Assembly: GCA_051874735.1 (NCBI GenBank)
Contig: JBJEGD010000013.1
Span: forward strand, 32,001-96,000
DNA: 64,000 nucleotides
From: Candidatus Bruticola sp.
Lineage (GTDB): Bacteria > Vulcanimicrobiota > Xenobia > Xenobiales > Xenobiaceae
Reading direction: 5' to 3'
Part shown: positions 21,166-31,063 of the stretch, in pieces
Layout of the letters: each line of letters begins with the position of its first letter
Position numbering within the stretch: position 1 is the stretch's first letter
The notes under the pieces: model-generated
Databases searched by the model: none
Told to the model about the DNA's origin: nothing
The model's input: the letters and a program-made list of their open reading frames with translations, nothing else
Program-made: the position numbers and the translations under genes

Positions 21166-21918
21166 ATGCATACCATTAATTTGGAAGGTTTAGTTGCAGT
21201 TATCACTGGTGCAGGACGCGGCATTGGGTTGGCTATTGCTCGCCGTTTAGCTGAAGCTGGTGCTTACGTAGCTATAGTAGATATTAACCAAAATGCTGCT
21301 GAAGCCGCTGCTGCTGAGTTGAATAAAGAGTTCGGTAATTTAGCTAGTGCTTTTGTTGCTGATCTTACTAATGAAGATCAGGTGAAAGAATTATTTGAAA
21401 ATATTCAGGCGGGATTAGGTCGGATCGATATTTTGGTAAATAATGCGGGCATAACTCGCGATAATTTGATGATACGCATGAAAGAATCTGATTGGGATGC
21501 CGTTATCAATACCAATCTGCGCTCCGCTTTCTTGTGTGCCAAGGCTGTTGTTAAAACTATGATTAAGCAGCGCAGCGGTAAAATAGTTAACATTTCTTCT
21601 GTTGTTGGTATTATGGGCAACGGCGGTCAAACTAATTACTGCGCTTCTAAAGCTGGCTTAATCGGTTTTACTAAAGCTTTAGCTCGTGAAGTCGGCTCTA
21701 GAGGGGTGACTGTGAATGCCGTGGCTCCCGGATTTATCCAGACCGATATGACAGATAAACTTTCTGAGGCGGCCAAAGAGGCTATGCTCAGCCAAGTACC
21801 GCTTAATCGCCCCGGACTTCCTGATGACGTCGCGAAGGCCGTATTTTTCTTGGTGTCGCCTTTAGCTGATTATCTTACCGGTCAGGTAATTTGCGTAGAC
21901 GGCGGTATGGCTATGTAA
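21166..21918 (+). CDS. fabG: 3-oxoacyl-ACP reductase
   Basis: TGAGRGIG, NNAGITRD, YCASK, VAPGFIQTDMT; next to acpP. Confidence 0.94.
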   Translation: MHTINLEGLVAVITGAGRGIGLAIARRLAEAGAYVAIVDINQNAAEAAAAELNKEFGNLASAFVADLTNEDQVKELFENIQAGLGRIDILVNNAGITRDNLMIRMKESDWDAVINTNLRSAFLCAKAVVKTMIKQRSGKIVNISSVVGIMGNGGQTNYCASKAGLIGFTKALAREVGSRGVTVNAVAPGFIQTDMTDKLSEAAKEAMLSQVPLNRPGLPDDVAKAVFFLVSPLADYLTGQVICVDGGMAM

Positions 21919-22041
21919 AAATTTTTTCGATAAACCGTTGTAAAAAAAGGTTTTATCATTTGTTGGTTGTATGCTTCAGGGCATAAACGTTGGTTTTATA
22001 CTTTTTGGTTAACTTAATTATTTTTGGAGGTCTGTTAAAAA

Positions 22042-22287
22042 ATGGATATTGAGAACATCAGAGAGCGCGTTGCTAAAATCGTAGTTGAGCAGCTTGGTGT
22101 AACCAGCGACCGCGTTACCGATGACGCTTCTTTCACTGGCACTTTAGGCGCTGATTCTTTAGATGTTGTAGAGATGGTCATGGCCTTCGAAAACGAGTTC
22201 GGTATTGAAATTCCCGATGAAGATCAGGACAAGATTTCTACTGTTGGAGACGCCGTTAACTACCTCAGCCAGAAGATTGCTGAATAA
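22042..22287 (+). CDS. acpP: Acyl carrier protein
   Basis: [10 protein letters not shown] phosphopantetheine site. Confidence 0.97.
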   Translation: MDIENIRERVAKIVVEQLGVTSDRVTDDASFTGTLGADSLDVVEMVMAFENEFGIEIPDEDQDKISTVGDAVNYLSQKIAE

Positions 22288-22310
22288 TTAGTTTGTAAAA
22301 ATATTCGTAA

Positions 22311-22363
22311 AAAAACCGCTCCGATTGCACTCTGGCAGAGAGTCAACGGGCGGTGTTTTTTTT
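22311..22363. terminator. Probable terminator after acpP
   Basis: ACCGC...GCGGT stem flanked by A and T runs. Confidence 0.55.
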
Positions 22364-22424
22364 CTGCGCGCGGGTCGAAAAAAAGAATACAGTTTCTAAC
22401 GCGCGCGATAGAGCCTTAAGTTGC

Positions 22425-22988
22425 TTAATCAAATTTAAAAGTTTTAACTACGTGTTTAAATGCTTCTTCAGCTTCACTTTTATTAGTTTGTGAAGATGAA
22501 CAGGCTATATTCCAAAGCAGTTTGTTATGAAACGCATAAAGCTGCTGACCCCAAACTTTATTAGTGCCTTCCAGATAAGTGTAAGTGAGCTGCAAGGCAA
22601 TTTCGCCGTCAAGCTTGACTTCTTTCTGCTTTAATATTTCCGATTCAGAGCGTTTAAGAATCTGGTTTTGAAATTTTCTAGTCAACTCCGCAGTGGCGTT
22701 AGGATCTTCACTCCAACTAGTCATGCTGCCTAAGTTTACTGAAGTTACGCTGATAAATTGTTCAGGATCTTTAATAGCTGTATAACGAACTACCTGCTCT
22801 CCTTCTTTATTTTGGGAAGGGGACTCCTGCTTATGCCAGATTTCAGACGGCGGAGGAGCAAAAGTGACCTTTTGGGCATTAATTTGATAAGTTTGAGGCT
22901 GTGTGGCAATTTTACTATCAGAACATCCGAAGGCAAAAATTAAACAAAGAGCTGCTAAGCTTTTTATGAAAAAATTTTTAATATGCAT
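22425..22988 (-). CDS. PsbP/DcrB-like lipoprotein
   Basis: Lipobox FAFGC; TFAPPP..W, LDGEIA, F.HVVKTFKF. Confidence 0.6.
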   Translation of the reverse strand: MHIKNFFIKSLAALCLIFAFGCSDSKIATQPQTYQINAQKVTFAPPPSEIWHKQESPSQNKEGEQVVRYTAIKDPEQFISVTSVNLGSMTSWSEDPNATAELTRKFQNQILKRSESEILKQKEVKLDGEIALQLTYTYLEGTNKVWGQQLYAFHNKLLWNIACSSSQTNKSEAEEAFKHVVKTFKFD

Positions 22989-23162
22989 AATTTTTGAGTT
23001 TCCTCTGTAATTAGTAATTAAAGGTTAGCCTTTTCGTGAGAAGAAGGGTATAACCTATTAAGACTTATCGTTTGTGTTCAAAGTTCTCCTAAAGCCTCCA
23101 GTTCATCTATGAGATCGCAATTTAACTTAGAGCGGAGACGAGATGAACATTGCACAGTTAGT

Positions 23163-24446
23163 TTAACTGGAAAAGTCTTGTTCCGCCTTGTTTAGCTCTT
23201 GCTGGTATTCTTCAGCGGAAAGGCGGCGAGTTACTTTTTCTACAGCTTCCTGAACTGCTTCATCAAGTTTGGGGCGGTCTTCTTTTTTTCTTCCGATAGA
23301 TTTAATAACGGTAAGTACTGCGCCGCCTATAGCTTGGCATAGTTGTTTGCTGACTTCGGCCGATGGCTTTAAACCAGATTCAAACCAGAGCATACAGGAA
23401 TATCCTATAACTACAGTGCAGGCAGTGGCGATAGAAGCTGAAACGGCCCAGCCTGGAGGGCCCCCTAATTGACTGAGCTGTCCGGCTATAGTTCGCCCCA
23501 GCAGGCCTACGCCTAGAGTAGCTAATAATTCTGAGGCTCTAGCATAGCTTATCTTTTCATCGTATATTCTGGCTATGGTGAGAACTAAAGAAACTTGAAT
23601 AGCAGTTAAGGGAATAAAAGAAACTACAGGCAGCGGAGCTAGGGATACAGCACAAGCTACTACAGCTGAGCGTCGGATAGCTTGCCAGCTTAAACTACTG
23701 CGCAATGGCTTGATAGTTCTGCCTAGTTCTCCTAATAAACGTGGCTCAGCCAAAGCAGCTTCTAAGATAAGATGATTCAAGCCTTCGCGTATAGCTGCGG
23801 AAACTGGATGAATTTGCGTTTCGGTGAGTCCTAAAGCTAAGGCGGCGCTTTTGACTACTGAAGGTCGCAGTTTTTTGCTAATGAGATCCATTTTATTGAG
23901 TACTGTCAAATAAGGCTTGTTTAAGCTGACTAGACAATTATAGAGTTGACGATCTGATACAGTAATTCCCCTGGAAGCATCAAATACAATAATTAAGAAA
24001 TCGGCTTTTTGAGCTTGTTCAAAAGCTAAATTTTCTTCTGTTCCGCCATTGTCTTGGGCATTATCTAAGCCTGGAGTGTCTACTAAATATAAGACTCCAG
24101 CTTTAGCGGTTTGGGGTTTTACTGTAGTCCCAGGCAGAGGGGAGACTTCAGCTGCTTCATCGGCGCCATTAACTATGGCATTAAAAAGCGTCGATTTGCC
24201 CGCATTAATCGGCCCAACGATGGCTATTTTTGATAAAGGAGTTAAAGCTGGGCCGGCTTGACGTTTAAGCAACTCAAAAAGATCGCCTACTGCTGCCGGA
24301 TTAGCGGCGCTAAGGTTGCTGAAGATATTCAAAGTTAGATCTAACTCTCGGCGCAAGTCGTCGGGAATCAGAGACCATGCTTGTTTAGAAGCTAAACGGC
24401 TGGCAGGGGGCAGTTTATCTAAATATTTGTTAAAATTTTCTTCCAT
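23163..24446 (-). CDS. Era/MMR_HSR1-like GTPase with C-terminal DUF697/YcjF-like membrane domain
   Basis: G1 GPINAGKS, G3 DTPG, G4 NKMD, G5 SA; PLP..SFIPLTAIQ motif; ATG 24446 preferred. Confidence 0.8.
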   Translation of the reverse strand: MEENFNKYLDKLPPASRLASKQAWSLIPDDLRRELDLTLNIFSNLSAANPAAVGDLFELLKRQAGPALTPLSKIAIVGPINAGKSTLFNAIVNGADEAAEVSPLPGTTVKPQTAKAGVLYLVDTPGLDNAQDNGGTEENLAFEQAQKADFLIIVFDASRGITVSDRQLYNCLVSLNKPYLTVLNKMDLISKKLRPSVVKSAALALGLTETQIHPVSAAIREGLNHLILEAALAEPRLLGELGRTIKPLRSSLSWQAIRRSAVVACAVSLAPLPVVSFIPLTAIQVSLVLTIARIYDEKISYARASELLATLGVGLLGRTIAGQLSQLGGPPGWAVSASIATACTVVIGYSCMLWFESGLKPSAEVSKQLCQAIGGAVLTVIKSIGRKKEDRPKLDEAVQEAVEKVTRRLSAEEYQQELNKAEQDFSS

Positions 24447-24478
24447 ATATTTTTTCCACCTAAAAGGCCTTAATAGGT

Positions 24479-25018
24479 TTACGATGTAGGGGCGTCTTGC
24501 GGAAGTATAGTGGTGTCTTTTTTTTGCCAAAAGGTTAGGGCAGTTTCTCCAAAACGTTTAGTTTTTACCAGAGTGAAGTTCGCAAATTCTCGCGGATAAT
24601 TTTCTTTGTGATGATACTCAAAAACGACTATACCTCCAGGCGAGGTATATTTATCTAGAGATAGGAGAGTTTGCGGGCCGTCCTCGCTGTTATAAGGTGG
24701 ATCGGCTACAATAATATCAAATTGTTGGCCTGACAAACACTCTAAGGCTTTGGGTAATTGTCCAAAAACTATGCGACCAACCGTCCCTACAGCTTCATGA
24801 AGAAATTTCAGCGAGCGTTTGTCGCCTTCGACAAAGGTAACCTCAGCGCATCCCTCATGCCAGAGGGCTAATCCTAGGGAGCCTGTGCCGGCAAAAAGAT
24901 CGAGCACGCGACTGGAACTGTCTAGGTAAGGACGCAGTGTGGCCGTCAAGGCTTCGCGTGTTTTATTAGTAGTGGGGCGCATCCAAGTGCGCGACGGAAG
25001 GCGCGGATTCGGTTTCAT
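24479..25018 (-). CDS. rsmD: 16S rRNA m2G966 methyltransferase RsmD family
   Basis: RPTT..REAL, LDLFAGTGSLG, DPPY; follows recG. Confidence 0.88.
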   Translation of the reverse strand: MKPNPRLPSRTWMRPTTNKTREALTATLRPYLDSSSRVLDLFAGTGSLGLALWHEGCAEVTFVEGDKRSLKFLHEAVGTVGRIVFGQLPKALECLSGQQFDIIVADPPYNSEDGPQTLLSLDKYTSPGGIVVFEYHHKENYPREFANFTLVKTKRFGETALTFWQKKDTTILPQDAPTS

Positions 25019-25102
25019 GCAGTTTTTATCAATCCTCCTAAAGCGTCTGCTCTAAACTTTACAAGCCATGCCAGAGAACAGAGCATTGGCCAATAGTTTT
25101 AG

Positions 25103-27601
25103 CTAAGTTTCGTTAGTTTCTGCTCTTTCTTCCTCTTCGCTGGGGTAACTGTCTGCATAGACGGCTGCTTCCTGCTTGGCCCATTCCAATAAATGGCGAT
25201 CGCGGAGTAGATCGGCGCAAAGCAGCTCAGGAAAGCCGGATTGGCGTGTGCCGAAGTAATCGCCTGGGCCACGTATTTCTAAGTCTTCCTCAGCCACTTT
25301 AAATCCATCGGCCAATCTAGCAACCGCTTCCAATTTGCGGTTTGACTGACAGTCGCTGGAAGCTAAAAATAGGCAGTAAGATTGTAAATGACTTCTTCCG
25401 ATACGCCCGCGCAGCTGATGCAGTTGAGCCATACCGAAACGATTGGCATCTTGAATTAGTATAACAGTAGCATTGGCTACGTCGACTCCAACTTCTATTA
25501 CTGTAGTTGAAATTAAAATATCTAAGCTGCCTAGGCGGAAAAGTTCCATAATATTTTCCTTTTCCGCCGCTTTCATGCGGCCGTGGAGCAAGCCTACCTG
25601 ATAATTTTTAAATATGCCTTCTTTAAGACGTTCAGCCTCTTGCACAGCGGCACTGACTTCCAATTTGTCGCTTTCATTAATGAGCGGACATACAATATAA
25701 GCTTGATGTCCTTCGTCAATTTGAGAAGCCACAAATTTATAAGCCTTATTGGCGTCTTGAAAAGGCACGCAGCGTGATTTTATGGGCAAACGGCCCGGAG
25801 GCAATTCGTCAAGCTTAGAAAGTTCTAAATCACCGTATATAGTGAGTGACATGGTGCGAGGAATAGGGGTGGCCGTCATGAGCAGTACATCGCAATTTGT
25901 TTGAACTCCGCTTTTTTGCTTTAGAGCTTGACGCTGCATCACTCCGAATTTATGCTGTTCATCTATAACGGCTAAGCCCAGTTTTGCAAATTCTACGCTG
26001 CTCTGAATAAGGGCGTGGGTGCCTACAGCCAGATCGAAAAGGCCATTTTTTATTTGTTCTGCTATCTGTAGCTTGTGTTTTTTGCTCAGACTGCCCTTCA
26101 ACAAACAGATTTTAAGGCCGATAGGTCCCAAAAGTTCGCAAAGTTTTAGGTAGTGCTGTTGAGCTAGCAATTCCGTTGGCGCCATAATGGCCGCCTGATA
26201 GCCGCTTTTAATGGCGGCTAGAGCGGCGTAAGCAGCTATTACAGTTTTCCCTGAACCAACGTCTCCTTGCAGCATACGATTCATGGGATGGTTTTGTATT
26301 AAGTCGCTGTTGATTTCGTCTATAACCCGATGCTGAGCTCCAGTTAGTTTAAACGGAAGCAATTTGACAAATTCTGTTTTAATAAGAGAAAGATTTTTAT
26401 AAATGACGCTGCGCTGTAGACTGCAGCGGGTGCGCCGTCTATGGGTTATGCGCAACTGCAAAAAAAATAATTCTTCGAAAGATAAGCGCTGCTGAGCACT
26501 CCAAAGTTGATCATAATTTTGAGGCCAATGCATAAACATAATAGCCTGATTTTTCTCAATAAAGCCGTATTTTTTTAGCAGATCAGGCGGTAAATTGTCT
26601 TCCATAAGAGAAGCGCATTTGGGCACTAACCTAAACATCAGCTTATGCATAAAACTTTGATAAAGTTTGGTGCTCAATCGGTAAATAGGCACAATACGCT
26701 CAAACGATGGAGAATTTTCACTTTGGAGAGCAAATTCCGGTGAAACTAAGCGCATAATGCAGCCGCGGTCGTATTCAGCTTTGCCAAAAGCTATGATGTG
26801 CGTATTAGGACGAATTTTGCTTAACAAATAAGGTTGATTGAACCAGACTAATTTTACTGATCCGCTTCCATCAGTGATTTCAGCTTCTATCAGACGATGG
26901 CGGCTTAGCATCACCGTTTTGACTTTAAGAATGACACCGCGAATCTGTTCAAAGGTACCAGGCCTCAAGTTTGCTATAGGCTGAATGCAGCTGCGATTTT
27001 CCCAACGGCGCGGATAATTGGTAAGCAGATCTTGGAGAGTATAAATACCTAAATTATTAAATAAAATTTGTTTAGCTTTACCGATGCCGCGTATTTTTTC
27101 AACAGGAGTAGTGAGAGTATAATCTGTGGGAGCTGTAGATATAAGCCGTTTGGTCGAATTAACTAAGAGAAAATTTTGCTCAGATTGAGTCATTTCTCGT
27201 TGCTCTTCTGAACTTTTGTCTTGACTGTGGAAAACTAGTGAATCCGCTGGCTCAGGTACACAGTTAACTTTGGCGGTGGCAGCATGCCATGAATGGGGGG
27301 AAGAAGTTGCGGAATTAGGGGAGGCGGCAGCGATAGCAGCCAGAGCTTTGCCTGTTAAAATTAGCTTGCTTTGCCTAACGCGTTGTACCATAGTTCGATA
27401 CCCAGTTAAGGCTTTAATAGTTTGCCGCAATTCTAAAGCTTCGCTCTCATCAAGTTCGTAGGTACGGCGGCAAAAAGATTGGCAGGCTGCATCTATATCA
27501 ATATGGCCAGAGCAGCCATCTTTATATTCACGGCGTAGGAGGCGCAGCATCCGGAAAGCCAGATCTTGGGCCTGTGCAGAATAAGCTCTAGCTCCTTCCA
27601 T
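25103..27601 (-). CDS. recG: ATP-dependent DNA helicase RecG (with long N-terminal extension)
   Basis: QGDVGSGKT, DEQHKFG, TATPIPR, QLRGRIGR, wedge domain. Confidence 0.96.
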   Translation of the reverse strand: MEGARAYSAQAQDLAFRMLRLLRREYKDGCSGHIDIDAACQSFCRRTYELDESEALELRQTIKALTGYRTMVQRVRQSKLILTGKALAAIAAASPNSATSSPHSWHAATAKVNCVPEPADSLVFHSQDKSSEEQREMTQSEQNFLLVNSTKRLISTAPTDYTLTTPVEKIRGIGKAKQILFNNLGIYTLQDLLTNYPRRWENRSCIQPIANLRPGTFEQIRGVILKVKTVMLSRHRLIEAEITDGSGSVKLVWFNQPYLLSKIRPNTHIIAFGKAEYDRGCIMRLVSPEFALQSENSPSFERIVPIYRLSTKLYQSFMHKLMFRLVPKCASLMEDNLPPDLLKKYGFIEKNQAIMFMHWPQNYDQLWSAQQRLSFEELFFLQLRITHRRRTRCSLQRSVIYKNLSLIKTEFVKLLPFKLTGAQHRVIDEINSDLIQNHPMNRMLQGDVGSGKTVIAAYAALAAIKSGYQAAIMAPTELLAQQHYLKLCELLGPIGLKICLLKGSLSKKHKLQIAEQIKNGLFDLAVGTHALIQSSVEFAKLGLAVIDEQHKFGVMQRQALKQKSGVQTNCDVLLMTATPIPRTMSLTIYGDLELSKLDELPPGRLPIKSRCVPFQDANKAYKFVASQIDEGHQAYIVCPLINESDKLEVSAAVQEAERLKEGIFKNYQVGLLHGRMKAAEKENIMELFRLGSLDILISTTVIEVGVDVANATVILIQDANRFGMAQLHQLRGRIGRSHLQSYCLFLASSDCQSNRKLEAVARLADGFKVAEEDLEIRGPGDYFGTRQSGFPELLCADLLRDRHLLEWAKQEAAVYADSYPSEEEERAETNET

Positions 27602-27683
27602 AATACTTTTAATCTCTTTTCCAATAATTCGCTGCAGCCGTCTTGGCTGCGCTGCACTTGACGGCTGTGAAAATTTCTTAGAT

Positions 27684-28745
27684 TCAGTTAAAGCCTAGCA
27701 TTACAGGCTCCGGTACCAAGTTAATACCAAATTTTTCCTGCACTGCGGCTATTATGTCAGACGAAAGGGCTAAAATATCCGCTGCCGAGCCATCGCCAGT
27801 ATTTATCAGAGCCAAGGTATGAGCACTGGAAACACCGGCACGGTTGCGGCGGAATCCTTTGCCAAAACCTGCTTGCTCAACTAACCAAGCTGCAGAAATT
27901 TTGCACATATTACGATTTGCGACATCGTAAATCTGAATCGATGGATAACGCTTTTTTAACTGCTGAGCTTTAGAACGTTCAATTATAGGATTAAGATAAA
28001 AAGAGCCAGCACAGCGGTGGTTAGGATTTTGGAGATCATAAAGCATCGATTTCGAGGCTCTTACTTGCAGAACGGCTCGGCGTACTTCGTCGAGATTAGG
28101 ACGCCAATGACTGTCGGCAGCTAGTTGAGCGGCAAAAAAACGCTCTAAATCTTGATAGCGCAGAGAAGCTTGTCCTTGGCGGCGCAATTTCAAAACGACA
28201 GCTGTGATAAAGAAACGACCTTTCCAAATAGTTTTAAAGTTGCTGGTGCGATAATCAAAGGCGCAGTCTGCGGCCGGTATGGTCTTTAGTTCCAAATTTT
28301 CTAAATCGAGTACCTGAACTCGCTCAAGACTTTGGGCGGCTTCCTGACCGTACGCTCCTATGTTCTGTACAGGAGCTGCTCCTACTTGACCAGGAATTCC
28401 ACTGAGACATTCTATTCCCGCTGCCTTAAAACTGACGCTTTGAGCTACTAAATCATCCCATAATACCCCAGATTGAGCTTCGAAGTAGGTGAAATCATCC
28501 CGATCAGTAACTTTTAGATCCTTCATTTTAGACCTGATCAGAAGGCCGGAAAAACCGGTATCGGCAGCCAAAATATTGCTACCAGAACCAATAGGGAAAA
28601 TCGGCAAATTCTGTTGTCTAGCAAAAATGACACTTTCTTTTAGCTCGCTTAAATTAGTTGGTTCAGCTAAATAAGCAGCTGGGCCGCCTATTTCAAAAGT
28701 TGTCAGTGAAGATAGAGCTACATTAGCTTTAATGAAGTTACACAT
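27684..28745 (-). CDS. murB: UDP-N-acetylmuramate dehydrogenase
   Basis: IGGPA, GSGSN, GIPGQVGAAPVQNIGAYG, AGSFYLNP, PEP. Confidence 0.95.
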   Translation of the reverse strand: MCNFIKANVALSSLTTFEIGGPAAYLAEPTNLSELKESVIFARQQNLPIFPIGSGSNILAADTGFSGLLIRSKMKDLKVTDRDDFTYFEAQSGVLWDDLVAQSVSFKAAGIECLSGIPGQVGAAPVQNIGAYGQEAAQSLERVQVLDLENLELKTIPAADCAFDYRTSNFKTIWKGRFFITAVVLKLRRQGQASLRYQDLERFFAAQLAADSHWRPNLDEVRRAVLQVRASKSMLYDLQNPNHRCAGSFYLNPIIERSKAQQLKKRYPSIQIYDVANRNMCKISAAWLVEQAGFGKGFRRNRAGVSSAHTLALINTGDGSAADILALSSDIIAAVQEKFGINLVPEPVMLGFN

Positions 28746-28947
28746 ACCTGGCGTTCATTTTACAAAGAGAAGCGAAAGCCTTCGATATATTGTTATATTG
28801 ACTTTCCAGTTCTTTAAGTTTGCCCTGCGGTTTCCTGAACTCATAAAAGAGGACAAGGGGGAAAAAAGTCCGAATATATGGAGACTTTTTGTTCCTTGAT
28901 TGGGAAATTTCGGACGCGGAGTGCGGTGCGCGGAGGTTTGGCTAAGT

Positions 28948-30897
28948 ATGGGCGACAGTATATTGTCATCTATGGGATTTAATCGATCGAATTTAAATCA
29001 GGATGTTGCCCGTGTGGTAGCAGAGCAGGGTAAGCTTAATTATGCTCAAGTATTGGAAACGTGCTATCCAGCGCGTCCTATTACTCCGGTGCGTTATAAA
29101 AGTACCCATTTGAAGGCACGCCGTGTAAAATGCATGTTTGTAGGCCCCAATGACCGCGTTCCGGTACGTTGTCCGCGTGGTTACGACTTATTGGCCGTGA
29201 TGGGATTAGGCTTTACCAGACGTGAAACTGAAGATATTGTTGAACTTTTGGAAAGGGCTAAGACTGGAGCCAATGTAATTGTGGGTATACCTGAACAGCC
29301 GTTGTCAGGTTCTGCTCAGCTGAAAGAAATTCAGGCTTTAAATCTGCTGTCTGTCCAGGAACCTTATACTGAGCCTGGCAATGCTAAGAATTTGCTGCAA
29401 AACCGCCGCCATATGGTAAGACGTCAGCTTTTAGAAAAACTGCGCTCTCAGCTTACTCCCAACAACTTCCGCTGGTTATACAAGGGAGAAGTTTATGACG
29501 GTATTAAGAGCGGTATACGCGATATATTTTTTACCGACGTTTTAGAAACAATTTACAAAAAGTGCCCGCCGCTCAAGCCTTGCGGCAGTCTTCGCGATCG
29601 GTGTGAAGCCGCCGATATCCTGTTTAACATAAAAGAGCCTCTTCAGTTTACCTTCCTAGACAAAAGTGGTGGCTATAAGGTTATCAAAGATTTTCTTGTC
29701 AAGGGAGGAGTCGTCTCCGTAGCGGAAGATTGCGGTAGCTATTCTGTTCATAGCGTCAATGGTATCATCGATGAAAAAGCCCCTCTGGCTCCTATTTGGA
29801 ATCGTCTTCTAGTTATGCTGGTCGGCGGAGGTCAAGAGGAACGCAGTAATAGTTTGCGCGACATTCTCAGTAAGTTTTCTGCTCGTCCTTACGGTATAAA
29901 CACCTCTTTCCTTAATGTTCTTTTGGCTGCTGCCGTGCGCCGTTTTGCACCTTCTCTTCATATTACTAAGAGAAATAAGGAAATCCGCTTAGATAGTACA
30001 TCTTTGAAGGAAGCTTGGGGAGACGCTGCTAATTGCCAAATTGTATATACTCCTCAAGCTCCTTACGGCAGTGTCAAAGGGCTGCAGGCTATTGTAGATA
30101 TATTTGGTTTCGTCGGTAGCAGTACTCAAGTGCGCAGTATGTGGGAAATAGCTAAAGATTCCCTCATATCCTGGTATAACAATCTGTCACCTTTAGCGTT
30201 AACTTTAATTGCGGAGTCAGGGACACCAGCTTACTCGCTGAATGAGCTTTTGACTAGCAAGAAAGATGAGCCTGCTCGCCAATTTATTTGCGATGGAGTG
30301 TTAGCTGCTGCTGGTTTGTCCGGCTTGCCTGAAGAGGACGAGCTGGATAAATTATGTAGCTGGCTGCGCGAAGCTCGCGGGGCCTTCGATTCTTGTGAAG
30401 AAAAGTTCCGCCGCCAGTTAGCTAAGCGCATTGCCGTACAGTTCGGTGCTAAAGCTGATGAACTGCCGGAAAAATCTGATGAATATATCCCCGTATTGAA
30501 TTCTTTGTTCCGGCGTTGGTTCTCTCGTTTATATCCCAATAGCGGAGCTAGGAAGATGAATGCCTGGGCGGCTGCTCTTGTGGAAATGTACGCTTTGGAA
30601 CCTGAGGCAGACGCTCATTATTGGTTTGAGCTTTTGCCGCTCCAGTTTGACCTTCCCAGGCTGAGCAGATGGGAGCGCGATCATTCTGTTACTTTTATAG
30701 CTCGTTTAGTAAGAGCGTGCTTGGAGTTGGAGCTTTGGCATATAGAAGCTCTCTTCCCTCTGCCTCAAGACAAAGAAGAAGCAGAGCACAAGTTGAGCCA
30801 TTGGATGCGTTCAGTTATGAACGGTGTCGGCTTGAGTAAAGAACAGCGCGAGTCAATTATTCTGGATTTGCTTGAGGAACTTTGTTGGTCTAAGTAA
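28948..30897 (+). CDS. Hypothetical protein resembling the non-catalytic C-terminal region of BrxC/SspC-like ATP-binding proteins
   Basis: Long ORF with GGAGG RBS; FSARPYG...VLLAAA motif; no Walker A/B found. Confidence 0.55.
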   Translation: MGDSILSSMGFNRSNLNQDVARVVAEQGKLNYAQVLETCYPARPITPVRYKSTHLKARRVKCMFVGPNDRVPVRCPRGYDLLAVMGLGFTRRETEDIVELLERAKTGANVIVGIPEQPLSGSAQLKEIQALNLLSVQEPYTEPGNAKNLLQNRRHMVRRQLLEKLRSQLTPNNFRWLYKGEVYDGIKSGIRDIFFTDVLETIYKKCPPLKPCGSLRDRCEAADILFNIKEPLQFTFLDKSGGYKVIKDFLVKGGVVSVAEDCGSYSVHSVNGIIDEKAPLAPIWNRLLVMLVGGGQEERSNSLRDILSKFSARPYGINTSFLNVLLAAAVRRFAPSLHITKRNKEIRLDSTSLKEAWGDAANCQIVYTPQAPYGSVKGLQAIVDIFGFVGSSTQVRSMWEIAKDSLISWYNNLSPLALTLIAESGTPAYSLNELLTSKKDEPARQFICDGVLAAAGLSGLPEEDELDKLCSWLREARGAFDSCEEKFRRQLAKRIAVQFGAKADELPEKSDEYIPVLNSLFRRWFSRLYPNSGARKMNAWAAALVEMYALEPEADAHYWFELLPLQFDLPRLSRWERDHSVTFIARLVRACLELELWHIEALFPLPQDKEEAEHKLSHWMRSVMNGVGLSKEQRESIILDLLEELCWSK

Positions 30898-30942
30898 AAA
30901 TCGTAGCTATCCTGACTCCTAAGTTAGGGGTGCTGTTTGTGC

Positions 30943-30978
30943 AGGATCCTGTTCTCTAAATAAGAGGGCAGGATTCTT
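30943..30978 (+). terminator. Probable intrinsic terminator
   Basis: AGGATCCTGTTCTCT...AGAGGGCAGGATTCT hairpin. Confidence 0.6.
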
Positions 30979-31063
30979 AATTGTGTTCTGACAAATACAA
31001 TTGCTGGTGTACATATGTACATAGAATACGCTCATTCAGCTATTTAACGGCGGGTAAAGAATT

